A stretch of 62,264 nt of DNA, counting the filler, from Catajapyx aquilonaris (lineage: Eukaryota), in the NCBI GenBank assembly GCA_000934665.2. It is 4 parts of 4 records of this genome, joined end to end, with 100 filler letters (N's around TTAATTAATTAA, not from the genome) between each part and the next. Parts side by side here need not be neighbours in the genome. Positions count along the whole stretch, not along the records: positions 1 to 15,435 come from KZ539693.1; positions 15,536 to 30,984 come from JYFJ02007499.1; 2 more parts are not named here. One strand, given 5' to 3'. Of this stretch, positions 13,476 through 24,021 are shown piece after piece (positions within the stretch are counted from its first letter, which is position 1; each line of letters starts with the position of its first letter). The notes under the pieces are model-generated. The model was not told the origin of the DNA. It did no database searches and saw only the letters and a program-made list of their open reading frames with translations. Both the position numbers and the translations under genes were made by a program.

Positions 13476-13779
13476 AAATAAAATAAATTGTACAATAATC
13501 ATAAATAAAATAAATTGTACAATAATCATAAATAAAATAAATTGTACAATAATCATAAATAAAATAAATTGTACAATAATCATAAATAAAATAAATTGTA
13601 CAATAATCATAAATAAAATAATTGCAAAATATTAAATAAAATAAATCGTACAATCATCACACATAAATAAAATAAATTGTACAATAATCATAAATAAAAT
13701 AAATCGTACAATAATTAGATAAAAATAAATTATGAATCGTACAATAATTAGATAAAAATAAATTATGAATCGTACAATA
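13476..13779. repeat. 27-bp AT-rich minisatellite (AAATAAAATAAATTGTACAATAATCAT)n with a 33-bp variant at the end
   Basis: Direct tandem copies; explains the ORF with YFIYDYCTI repeats. Confidence 0.93.
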
Positions 13780-14739
13780 GGCCTAATAATAATAGTACCC
13801 TATATGGCTGAGAATTTATTTTCATCTCTGTTTTTATTTAACTATTTTACCTCTAATTATTAGGGACAAAATAGTTAAATAGAAAATAAATAAAAATCAA
13901 ATATAGAAACAAAATAAATTACACACAAAAATGGATTCCTATTACATAAAAGTCAAGTTTGTTTGTTTGTCCAGCAAGGTCACAACAGTAAATATCCCCG
14001 TCTAATCTGAAAAATTTGCAGCCAAGCTCTGATTGGATGGTGATTTTCACTCATTGGCATCTTGGCATGCCCTATACAGCTCCGATCAGCTCCGATTATT
14101 GGCAATAATGACATGTAACAATAGCTCACCTTCTTTCCTGACTCCGCTGCGAACCTCGTTGGTTTTGGGAGGCAGCGATGGTAGCGGAATTTCTGCAACG
14201 AGAAAAAAAAAAGCACAACGCAAACTATAATAATGCGTATTGCATATCCCTGGGTTTAATGCGACCGCACGCATATATATTGTGTTAAGAAGCGACCGGC
14301 ATGGTTATTACGATGGAAATAATCGTTTAATAATCTTCGGTGAGTAGGGAGAATGGTATAGGGGAGGGTAGGGAGAGGGTAGGGGTGGGATGGCATTATT
14401 TTAATTAAACCCCAGCCGGAGATTAATCGCGCTGAAAAAGGGGAGGCCGTTAGCTTCAAGCCCAGGAATTTTTGGCTCCAGCGATAATTATCTCCTATTT
14501 CAGCCATGTTTATCCCTCCAGCCACCCAGGCAGAGTTGGATAAAAATGTGGGTATATGAGGCCTGGGTGTTCTGGATGTTCTTTACTTAATGCCCCAATA
14601 ACATAGAGCCGTTGTTCAGGTATGGCGACTGCAACCATTTTAAAACGTGATCTCAGATAATAGCTGTTTAGAGTGGTAGTACTTCATTATATGCGAAATT
14701 GCTACTGCTAGTAAAAATAGCAGCGATTTGGAATAGTTA

Positions 14740-15160
14740 CTGGCAAAGTAATTGAAAATAGCAGCTACTAATGGAGTGATTTACAATAACAGCTACTAGT
14801 GGAGTGATTTACAATAACAGCTACTGGTCGAGTGATTTACTGGAGCCCGTGGCTGGAGCCGCTACTAGTCGAGTGATTTACCGCAACGGCTATCAGTAGA
14901 GTGATTTACAGTAACAGCTACTGGTCGAGTAATTTACAGCAGTAGCAACTAGTCGAGTGATTTTCACAGGAAAAGCTACTAGTCGAGTGATTTTAACATG
15001 AAAAGCTACTAGTCGAGTGATTTACAGCAGCACCTACCCGTAGAGCAATTCCCAATAGCAGCTACTCGTAGTGATTTACTATAGCAGCTACTCGTAGTGA
15101 TTTACAATAGCAGCTACTAGTAGTGATTTACAACAGCAGCGTCGAAATATACAGCTACTG
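14740..15160. repeat. Degenerate ~28-bp minisatellite (GAGTGATTTACAATAACAGCTACTAGT)
   Basis: AGTGATTTAC...CAGCTACT recurs about 14 times. Confidence 0.9.
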
Positions 15161-15228
15161 ACAAGACAGTTCCATTTAGCAGTGTTCACAATGTAGCATA
15201 TTAGCTTTTTCTAACATTAGTGTCTTAC

Positions 15229-15435
15229 CATAGAGCCTGATGGATCCTTCAGTCTCCCCGAGCGAGTTCTTGGATATGCACCTGTACTTCCCGAAGTCTC
15301 GCTCCCTGAGGTTCCGCACAGTGAGCTTCATGTGTGACCTGTAGCTGTTCTCAGAGGTCTCTGTCTTGTACTTCTTGGTGGAGAGAAGCATCACGTTGTC
15401 GTACACCCAGTAGCTGATGGCCCTGGGGAAGGCCT
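15229..15435 (-). CDS. Ig-domain exon (5' end truncated by the contig end) of a Dpr-interacting protein (DIP)/lachesin-like Ig superfamily gene
   Basis: Reads AFPRAISYWVYDNVMLLSTKKYKTETSENSYRSHMKLTVRNLRERDFGKYRCISKNSLGETEGSIRLY, with the Ig W and DxGxYxC motifs and the DIP-like KNSLGETEGSIRLY end; donor G|GTAAGA at 15228; GC3-rich codons. Confidence 0.9.
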
Positions 15436-15535
15436 NNNNNNNNNNNNNNNNNNNNNNNNNNNNNNNNNNNNNNNNNNNNTTAATTAATTAANNNNNNNNN
15501 NNNNNNNNNNNNNNNNNNNNNNNNNNNNNNNNNNN
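15436..15535. other. Artificial contig-joining spacer N44-TTAATTAATTAA-N44
   Basis: Exactly 100 nt with stops in all six frames; identical copies at 30985 and 46599. Confidence 0.98.
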
Positions 15536-16028
15536 TACAGCCGTGGCTAGGACAGTCCTACTGTTGGCATTTTGAGAGCCACGGGTTTTGTTTGTTTTGA
15601 TAAATTGTACTATGTCCAGGGTTTAAAAAAAAGTTGGTCACATGTTCTGAATAGTGGTCAGTTTTGAGAAAATGGCCGCCATCTTGAATTTTTGAAATTC
15701 TTGTAAAATAATATTTTTGGTGTCTAATATAGTAGGGTTGTTATATATCATTTTATATGTTTTCAGGTGTGCTGAGTTCAAAATGAGCAATGAATGTGCT
15801 TCATATATGATACAAAGTGTGATATTAGACATTTTCAAGTGAAATTCTTATGCAAACACCAGCGCCGTATAGGGTAGCCCCCCACCTATAGTCGCCCATA
15901 TCTCGAAAACGCTTGGCTAATGCGACTTTTTACTTTCACCAATGAATTTCTGGCCTGCGATTTACCCCTAGTGTCATTTTCGGGCCGATTGGCCGATTGC
16001 ACTACAGACACTTCCCTTGTCAGTGCCC
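15536..16028. mobile_element. Probable terminal segment of a DNA transposon (family unassigned)
   Basis: Sits at a contig start; contains AAAATGGCCGCCATCTTGAATTTT-type motifs common in invertebrate non-autonomous DNA elements; no partner TIR is visible. Confidence 0.35.
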
Positions 16029-16068
16029 CGACGTATATGACTGCCTTCCTAGCCACCAGAGGATCGAT

Positions 16069-17080
16069 TTAAGTATAGGAGTATAGTGCAGAGACCATAA
16101 CATCTGTATCAGGTGAAGCTATCATAACTATTTCAACAAAATCAGTTTCAACTGTGTTTTCAATGTGTTTCATGATCCTATCATCAGCTTCCTCGGCATC
16201 ACAAATGGCACCAAACTTATAGCACCATCCACCAATTTCAAGCATATTATCAGATTCTTGCCAAATTCGGCACAAATAATTGTAACGTAGCACAGGTTCA
16301 AGCTGTACTGAAATCTTTGCAGTCGAGTCAACCCGAGGCGGGAAAAATCAGAGAACAGACACAATCCTTCTTTTCATCAAGTTTAATGTCACAAATGGTT
16401 TACAACGAACAAGTCAGGCATTTAACAAGTGGTACAGGACAAATCACTTATACTCACAACACCGCATGATGCTACTGCAGCTAGAGTGATGACCAGTTGA
16501 CCTGAAGAGGACACCCGTTGCACTACTCTCTCCTTCTAGATCCTTTGGCCAGCGCTCATGCTGTATTTGTACCCCTTAACACCCCGGAAGTTTGGTCAAT
16601 GCGTGAACTATTTTTGTGGCTCATCCTTGAGTCTTAATTTACTGTTAAAATAGCGGTTTTACATCACATGAGTTGACAGGAACCTTGATAACTTTCCTGT
16701 TGAGGCGTCTGAGTCGGATGTAATAACACCCTATTCTCAGAACCAAGGCCACACTTTTAGAGTCATTGCCAGGGTAACATATACTTTTGGGTGTGGCGGA
16801 AATCCTTATCAAGGTCGTTCCGCGTAGGTTGCCCAATAGGTGATGATGATCTCATAATGAGATCATCCTTCTTTTCGGGAACTTCCTCCAGATATTTCTG
16901 GTTGCTGGTGTAATATTCCCGTGACTCCTTGTTTATTTTATTTTTCATGCCAATCACGACAATATCATTAGGTTGTTTGTGGCCTCCTTCCAAATACAAC
17001 GGTATTCCGCTGTTTCTCTTATTCACAATCCAGTCAATGAATAGCTCCTGAAATTGAGTTTTTATTAGCTTGATTGACAT
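16069..17080 (-). pseudogene. Interrupted fragments of an Academ-like transposase (XPG/PIN-like nuclease region)
   Basis: 17080-16950 reads KTQFQELFIDWIVNK...PLYLEGGH; 16203-16069 reads CDAEEADDRIMKHI...IVMIASPDTDVMVSALY (EEAD...DTDV motif pair). About 0.7 kb of unrelated sequence separates them. Confidence 0.55.
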
Positions 17081-18335
17081 TTGACCCCTAAAAGAGGGGT
17101 CAAGGGGTCATGCAACGGAGGTCACTTTTGGTCAGATTTTCTCCTATTGGGGTCGCCCACCTACCCAACAAATTTGAAGAAAATCGGATGGAAACTATGG
17201 GATTTGCTAAATTGACATGTATCCCTAAAATAATGGTCAAGGGGTCAATATGACCAGGTCATTTCAGGTAGGTTTTTCATCCATTTTGGTGGGCCAACTA
17301 CCCAACAAATTTGAAGAAAATCGGATGGAAACTATGGGATTTGCTAAATTAACATCGTGTAGGGGAGACCGGGGCACAGGGACCACTTTTGCACATTTGA
17401 ATTTTTATATACCTACCTGTTATACCTACACACCCAATATTATTTTTCAGGCATGGTGGAGATACTCCTTGGTAATATAAGTCACTACTATATTCACAGG
17501 CAGTGCCATCCTTTTGGCTTTAAAAAAAATTAGAAGCGACCCCCTGCAAATGGTCCACTGTACCCCGATAGGTGGGGCACAGTGGTTCGGAAGTGATTGG
17601 GACCCCTAATTCACACAAGAAGTTTATTATCATTGCTTAACATTTTTTTTTACAGCTGTTCATTTCGGGACACACTGTGCATTTCGGGGCACAGTGGTAC
17701 ATGGACCACTGTGCCCCGGACAGCAGCAACTGACATAATTCTATGATTGTAACTTCGATTGCAAGTTAGGCTTCCCAAACTTCCGGTATTCATGGACAAA
17801 GGGCGGCACTATTCCACAAGATTTTTATATCAGGCTCATGTCCAACATCTACGCCTGAAGTGGCATTTAAACTGTGGGTTAGTAATTTACTTCACTTATC
17901 TTCAAATCGATTTCGCTGGATATCTATCGATCGATCGATCGCTAGCCGTTGCCAGCCATGTTGGCAGGAGCATGGCAGTGACTTGTTTCACGAGGTACCA
18001 GATGAAAAAAATTTGGCGGCTTTTTCGATTTTTAAAATGGAAAGGTCCACTGTGCCCCAGTCTCCCCTACCCCTAAAATAAAGGTCAAGGGGTCAATATG
18101 ACCAGGTCGTTTCAGGTAGGTTTTTCACCCATTTTGGTGGGCCAACTACCCAACAAATTTGAAGAAAATCGGTTGGAAACTACGGTTTTTATCCGCTTAA
18201 TTGACCTTTGCCCCCTAAAATAAAGGTCACGGGGTCAATATGGCCAGGTGATTTCATGTAGGTTTTTCATCCATTTTGGTGGGCTACCTAACCAAAAAGC
18301 TTGAAGAATATTGGTTGGAAACTACGGTTATTACT
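17080..18335. repeat. ~140-bp tandem array (CCCTAAAATAAAGGTCAAGGGGTCA...AAATTTGAAGAAAATCGG...), 4 units split by a MITE
   Basis: Units at ~17080, 17222, 18070 and 18210; TGACC/GGTCA-rich monomers resemble central arrays of Helitron/Helentron non-autonomous elements (inference). Confidence 0.85.
17362..18067. mobile_element. Tc1/mariner-pogo-type non-autonomous element (TA TSD)
   Basis: TIRs GGGGAGACCGGGGCACAG / CTGTGCCCCAGTCTCCCC; TA on both sides; internal GGGGCACAGTGG sub-repeats; removing it restores the host array unit. Confidence 0.85.
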
Positions 18336-18452
18336 TGTAAAATCCCTTGTCCATATCTTCCGAGTATGAGTAAGTTGAACGGAAACAAATGTCAACATGT
18401 CCATGAATCTGGCCCGACCCATTCGCTAATTTGGTCCGATAAGTGCATACAG

Positions 18453-18970
18453 CCAGAATGGAGGAATCTTCACAGGTGCAGTGGCGGCGGACGTTCGCTG
18501 TGGAGGAGCCATCACTCGGCCGGTCGTCTGGTTCGGGTCACGTCGGGGTCACCAATTTGGTGACCCTTTACTGATGCTCGTGTTGGCCCTGAAAAGGGCC
18601 GTTTGTAATGTTGGTCCTGAAAAGGACCGGTTGTCTGAAGTGCTGCTGATGCTGCTGTGGAGCTCGGAGGTAGTGTCTGCTGTGGTGACTGCTACGGAGC
18701 TCGGTGGTCGGTCGTCCCTGGTTGAAGGCTGCAGATGAACTGATGAAGTGAAGTTGCCCGCGCCTTGGTGTTGCTTTTTATCGCCAAGGCGCGGACCTTG
18801 TGGAGGTCGAGCCAGAGTTGGTCGACTCTATGGCCTTGAAGGTTTTTGGAGGGAAAAGAGACGGGGACAGAATAGGTTTGGAGGCCGATGCGAGTCAGGG
18901 GACATTTGTCCGTGAGGTGAAGCCGGCAGGGCATGGCGTGCCTGCCGGCTCACCATAGGGTAATTCCACG
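18453..18970 (-). mobile_element. Gypsy-type LTR retrotransposon 5' remnant: putative LTR, tRNA-Trp PBS and gag start
   Basis: Minus-strand TGGTGACCCCGACGTGA (18554-18538) is complementary to the tRNA-Trp 3' end. It is followed by ATG at 18512 reading MAPPQRTSAATAPVKIPPFW (Gypsy gag VKIPPFW motif). The 5' LTR boundary is approximate. Confidence 0.8.
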
Positions 18971-19272
18971 CCAGAGTGTGATTATCCAAAAATTCAGTCG
19001 CGCATTGTTAGCCCTCATACTGAAATCAAGGGTTAGGTTGAACTTGAGTTATAATCTGCATAGTTCCATACAAATATTTCATTTTCAAAGATCATTAGGT
19101 ATCTCAATGTTATAATGTTATGATAATCAGCTAACCATTGATTTACTGGATTGTAACCAAAAAGGAAATTCCATACAGTTATTGATAACATACAAGTTAG
19201 TACAGATACGGGTATTTACTGATGGCACAGTGTCATGTATTCCTAATCATGCTGTTTTTTTCTAAAATCTAG

Positions 19273-19990
19273 TAGCTGACATAAAGGCAAGATTTAAGAC
19301 TCTGCGGGACGGGTACACCCGAGAGCAAAGGAAGATGGCAATGTCGGCGCGATCAAGCTCGGGAACAGCAGATGTGTATATATACCACACCAAGTGGGCC
19401 TGTTTATACGAGATGATGCGATTTCTAGGGGACACGAAAGTGGAGAGAAGGTACTATAGACTGGTGGTGAGCTAAAGCACAGGCTCTAATTCATACATTT
19501 TCTCTACAGCACATCTGGGAATGTTTCATCGGCATTAGGGGAGGAGGGAACCCCTATCACCTTTTACATTGATAATGAGAGAGGAGGGGGGAGCCAGGAT
19601 GATGGTGGAGAGAGCCGGTATGATGGTGGCCAGGATGATGGTGAAAACTCGAATGATGACTATGGTCCATCCCCTTAAAACTGACACACTGAACCTGGCG
19701 ATGGACGACGCTGCAATTCAGCAGAACGTAACAGAAGCAGCACTGAAATGGAAAGCATCAGCCCCCCCCCCCCTCACCTTAAAAGAAAAAAAAAACCAGA
19801 CATAATCGAAGATGCCATTTTGAAACAAGTTGACGTCATGAGACAACTATCCAATGTTGACGATTGCGAACATTTCTGTCTCTCCTTTGCAGAGACGATG
19901 AGGCAGATGACTGTGCAGCAGAGGGACCTTTTCAAAGTAAAAATGACTCAGTTGGTATACGAAATAAAGTATGGGGCCAGTGGAGAATAA
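19273..19990 (+). pseudogene. MADF(Myb/SANT-like)-BESS protein gene remnant, probably the Harbinger DNA-binding ORF
   Basis: Exon 19273-19450 reads ADIKARFKTLRDGYTREQRK...SGTADVY...KWACLYEMMRFL (MADF C-terminus); 59-bp GT-AG intron at 19451-19509; exon 19510-19990 ends DDCEHFCLSFAETMRQMTVQQRDLFKVKMTQLVYE (BESS-like); in-frame stops TAA 19676 and TGA 19682. Confidence 0.85.
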
Positions 19991-20261
19991 TTTCCAGACT
20001 TGTTCAATTAATTGCAGCATGTTTATTTTCCTTTCAGTCCATAAGTTATATTTCGTTACACTTTCTACAGGACCGACTATACCCAGGGGATGGTAAAGCT
20101 GAGGGGTTTATGAAGTCTTTTGTATACTGTGGACTGAAGTCTGTTGTACTGTACATGGCTGGACATAACATTACACTATAGCATCAAGTGACTAACCCCT
20201 ATACACCTATAGGGTAAAGTATTCACCTGTTTGTAGATTTAAAGCATTTTTTCTCCTTTTT

Positions 20262-20420
20262 TCATACACGAGGTACCCCACGTATTGTCCATTGCCATGG
20301 AACTGCTCCACTTTCACTGCAGAAAAACTCTGTAAAGGCATACCTAACTCGCCCTGCCAAAATGCTGTGGTTCCGTGCACTCGCACCTCCTAGTCCTAGG
20401 AGCCCCTGTGGTTCTTCTTC
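20262..20420 (-). pseudogene. PIF/Harbinger transposase C-terminal fragment
   Basis: Reads EEEPQGLLGLGGASARNHSILAGRVRYAFTEFFCSESGAVPWQWTIRGVPRV*, matching the HARBI1-like R..F..YF...G.VPWQ end; convergent with the MADF-BESS gene. Confidence 0.8.
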
Positions 20421-20421
20421 A

Positions 20422-21058
20422 CTCCGAAGGTCATATGGGATTCAGCCAAATCGAACGGAAAACCAGAGCGGCTCTGGTTTTCCGTTCGATTTGGCTGAAA
20501 ATTGGATATGTTGCAGCCCAGACCATCCTGATCAATGTTGGATAGGGACATTTCGAGGTAGGGCCTACAGGGAGCATGCTAATATTGCTATTCATCGAAG
20601 AGACTAGAAGACTGCTGTGAGAGAAACCTCGCTTCCTTACATTGGCCCAATGAATGTTGAAGTGCAGCTGGAGGAAACTCCAGATGACAACCTTCAAGGA
20701 GTAGAATTTGAACCAGATGAATAGGTAATAAATATTCATAGATAATTTAATGCAATAACCACTGAGTTCCTGAGACTTATTGTAGTCTATACCCTATTAC
20801 CTGCGGAGGTCATTAGCATGCTCCCTGTAGGTCCTACCTCGAAATGTCCAGGCTATCCAACATTGATCAGGATGGTCTGGGCTGCAACATATCCAATTTT
20901 CAGCCAAATCGAACGGAAAACCAGTGCATATCCCATATGACCTTCGGAGGTCAATAGCATGCTCCCTGTAGGTCCTACCTCGAAATGTCCCTATCTAACA
21001 TTGATCAGGATGGTCTGGGCCACAACGTATCCAATTTTCAGGCAAATCGAACGTAAGG
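20422..21058. repeat. ~140-bp unit present once inverted (20422-20583, with an internal foldback) and twice in tandem (20805-21058)
   Basis: TAGCATGCTCCCTGTAGG...TTGATCAGGATGGTCTGGGC...CAGCCAAATCGAACGG and its reverse complement. Confidence 0.85.
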
Positions 21059-21298
21059 CCACTCGCCCATATATTTTGTGCCTCCTCCTTTAAATTTAAA
21101 TTTAAATATTACATTCATTAAAAATTGTTCAAAAATAAAATTCCTTGATTACTAATGTTTTAACTAGGGAGTACCTTATAGCATGCCATCTAGAATCTCT
21201 GACTGGTCGTGCATACGTAGAATATTGCAATTATTGGCCTTTTCCAATTTGTGAAACAGTATAAGTGATGAATACATTGCATACAATTTATATTTCAG

Positions 21299-21508
21299 GA
21301 AGCAAAAGTGAAAACACGTGGAAATGGAAAGAAGAGGTGTCAAGGGAAGTGTTGCAAGAGGGTGCTTGAATGTGAAGTGTGCCAGAAGAAGTTCCGGAAT
21401 TCTGCTCATTTGGAAAGACACATGCAAACACACACGGGCGATAAACCATTTCAATGCCATGTGTGTCCGAATCATCTACAACGTCACATGCAAACACATA
21501 AGTTATAA
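21299..21508 (+). pseudogene. C2H2 zinc-finger exon fragment
   Basis: Acceptor-like TTTATATTTCAG at 21298; CEVCQKKFRNSAHLERHMQTH-TGDKPF linker, then a second finger with an internal deletion (CHVCPNHLQRHMQTH), ending at a SINE tail. Confidence 0.7.
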
Positions 21509-21535
21509 TTATTGATATTATAGTGAGGTTGGCCC

Positions 21536-21770
21536 CCCGACCGAAGCAGGTTGGCATAGTGGATAAGGCGGCCGACTTCTAATCGGGAGGCCCTGGGTTC
21601 GAATCCCGGGCCGGCAACCTTGACCGTGGTTTTCTGTGGTTTTCCACGGTCTTTCTAGGATAATTCCGGGGTCGCTTCCGTATAATAGGCCACAGACGCT
21701 TCCTTCCTTCCCTATCCTTGGAGGTTGAAAGGAAATGCTGGGCCAACCTCCTTAAATATAAATTATATAA
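21536..21770 (+). mobile_element. tRNA-derived SINE, family A
   Basis: A box TGGCATAGTGG, B box GGTTCGAATCCC, body GTGGTTTTCCACGG...AGGCCACAGACGCTTCCTTCC, AT-rich tail; 14-bp TSD AGTGAGGTTGGCCC (21522-21535 / 21771-21784). Confidence 0.9.
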
Positions 21771-21986
21771 AGTGAGGTTGGCCCAGCATTTCCTTTCAAC
21801 CTCCAAGGATAGGGAAGGAAGGAAGCGGCTGTGGCCTATTATACGGAAGCGACCACGGAATTATCACAGAAAGACCGTGGAAAACCACAGAAAACCACGG
21901 TCAGGGTTGCCGGCCCCGGGATTAGAACCCAGGACCTCCCGATTAGCAGTCGGACGCCTTATCCACCATGCCAACCTGCTTCGGTC
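21771..21986 (-). mobile_element. tRNA-derived SINE, family A (host copy; tail displaced to ~21500-21535)
   Basis: Reverse complement of 21539-21750 with few mismatches. Confidence 0.9.
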
Positions 21987-23731
21987 TACCTGTACACTAT
22001 CTGTATAACAGAGCATAATTGCTAGGCGTTTTACAGATCGTTACGTGCTAGTTGGAACTCATCGAGACACTTGGCTGCTAGGTGCTGTTGATGCCAAGAG
22101 TGGTTCCATAACATTTCTTGAAACAGCTCGAGTTTTCGGCTAGCTGGTTCGAGAAGGTGGTAAAACTTTGCAACATTCTTAATCTGAACAAGTTCATGAT
22201 ATCATTCGGTAAAAATGAAATAACCGTAATTATAACCAGGTTGGCTTGGTCATTGGAGGCGAGGGGGGGGGGGGGAGAGNGGGGGGGAGAGTGCTGGTAG
22301 CACCACCAGATGACAGTTTCAGGAAGACATAAAGAAAAGAACAGTTGGCGTAGGTCATTTATAGATAAGTCAGAGAGCATGATCAATATTCAATAAATTC
22401 ATTTGCTCCACTACATTGTACAGGAAGTTAAATAAATGTCATCCATATATGCTCGTATGCCTTATGATTAATTTTTGCACTTGGACATTTTCAAATTTGG
22501 TGCCAATAACCATCAGAGTCCTCTCTCTCCCCAGCAGGAAGCAGGCTGATGCTTTAGCAGGAACACGACAGATGGAACTTACTGCCACCTTCTTATCCAA
22601 CGCGATCAAATTAAAGGTGCTCCGCCGATTTGCCACCTATAGGCTAGCTTGTGTTATCAGTAGGAACAGTATAAGCGGCGAGGGTCAATTCAGAGTGACC
22701 GATTATCTGGGCCCGACCGACGTGATTAGGAATTTACCGGATTACAGACAGTAATTGCAGATGACGATTATTTTTGTCTCCTTCCATCCCACACTCTCTC
22801 CCAGCCGATGCTATCTGGTGTAACAAATGGGTGGCAGCTCATTGCTCGGATAAGGGGATTTGGCCATACTGACGAGAGGCAAATCGGTGATATGTGGGCC
22901 GGCCCGAGTGGCTTCAATCTTCCCACACAATATTCAGCTCCCCCACCCCAAGCTCTCCCTTACCCGAATTAGGTCATTTAAAGCTTCGGGGACAATCGAG
23001 ATGACGCCATTCCTGCACGCCCATTTTGGGTAATGGGCCACGCTGGGAGGGTAAGGATCTCTGGGTTAACAAGTTGTGTCCAGCAGCCTGTATCGATCCC
23101 TGACTGGTATCACTAAAGGGGTACCCCGCTTTCACAATATGTGAATGGCAGGCACTTTCATGGCCCGCAAAAAGAGTGATGCACGCTGTCCTGCACACCA
23201 TTTTTGGGGATCACCTGCTCTGATCAATTTGGTGTCGGGCTTAGAAAATTCACAATTATGAGGTACATCAATTCTGTATAGGAAGTGGCGATTTTCAAAA
23301 ATGAGAAATCGTACCAAATAGCAAATACTGGACTTAAATTTACTTAAAATTTTCAACCGTCTTCATTCCACAAATCTGTCGAAATAGATGTGCTATTCCG
23401 GTACGTAACGCCTACATATTTCCTGTATTTTAGGTAAGCGCAAGATAAAAACTTGTGTGAAAACTTTAAGGCACAAAAATTGCACAAAAATGTACCAAAT
23501 CTCTATGACGCTATGCTAAAGATGGTGCGATATATAGTTATATACTCCACAGGGGTGCAAGAATTAGCCTATGAGCTATGATGATGATTAAAGTACACGT
23601 TTTTATTGATTAATATGGGAGAACTGCCTTCTACTTGGCGTAACATAATGAATGTCAAAATCTATTCCACTTAAAATGTTCGGTGTTGCATACTGCTGCT
23701 GTTTTGGTTTGTTCGAATTATAGCATTATAG

Positions 23732-24008
23732 TTTGTTTGTTTTTAATATCCTGTGATAGGGCCAGGGGCCATAGGGGGGGGGGGGAGTTCCTAAGGGAGG
23801 GAGCTCTTAAGTAGTCATTTCTGACCCTCTTAAATACCAGCCCTTTTCTCTTGGGCCTGGGCAGAGAAGGGAGTGTAATTCTGCCCGGACATATCTGGTG
23901 AAAATCGTAAAAAGACCCGACCAAGCAGAGGTGACGGGGATGGGATTTGAACCCCCGGCCTCCCGCTTGGCTGGCCAGTAGCATAACCACTAGACCACCA
24001 TGCTCCCC
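23732..24008 (-). mobile_element. tRNA-derived SINE, family C
   Basis: Minus strand GGGGAGCATGGTGGTCTAGTGG...GGTTCAAATCCC (A/B boxes); tail GGCCCTATCACAGGATATTAAAAACAAACAAAC. Confidence 0.8.
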
Positions 24009-24021
24009 TAAATTAGCTTTG

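Noticed and set aside
13426..13653. ORF with YFIYDYCTI repeats
   Set aside because: Translation of a 27-bp minisatellite.
15480..15491. TTAATTAATTAA as a biological motif or piggyBac footprint
   Set aside because: It sits between exactly 44 Ns on each side three times, so it is a synthetic linker.
21539..21612. tRNA genes (also at 23935-24008, 34783-34855, 50532-50605, 56598-56665)
   Set aside because: A/B boxes are present, but each continues into a repeated body and tail, most with TSDs. They are SINE heads.
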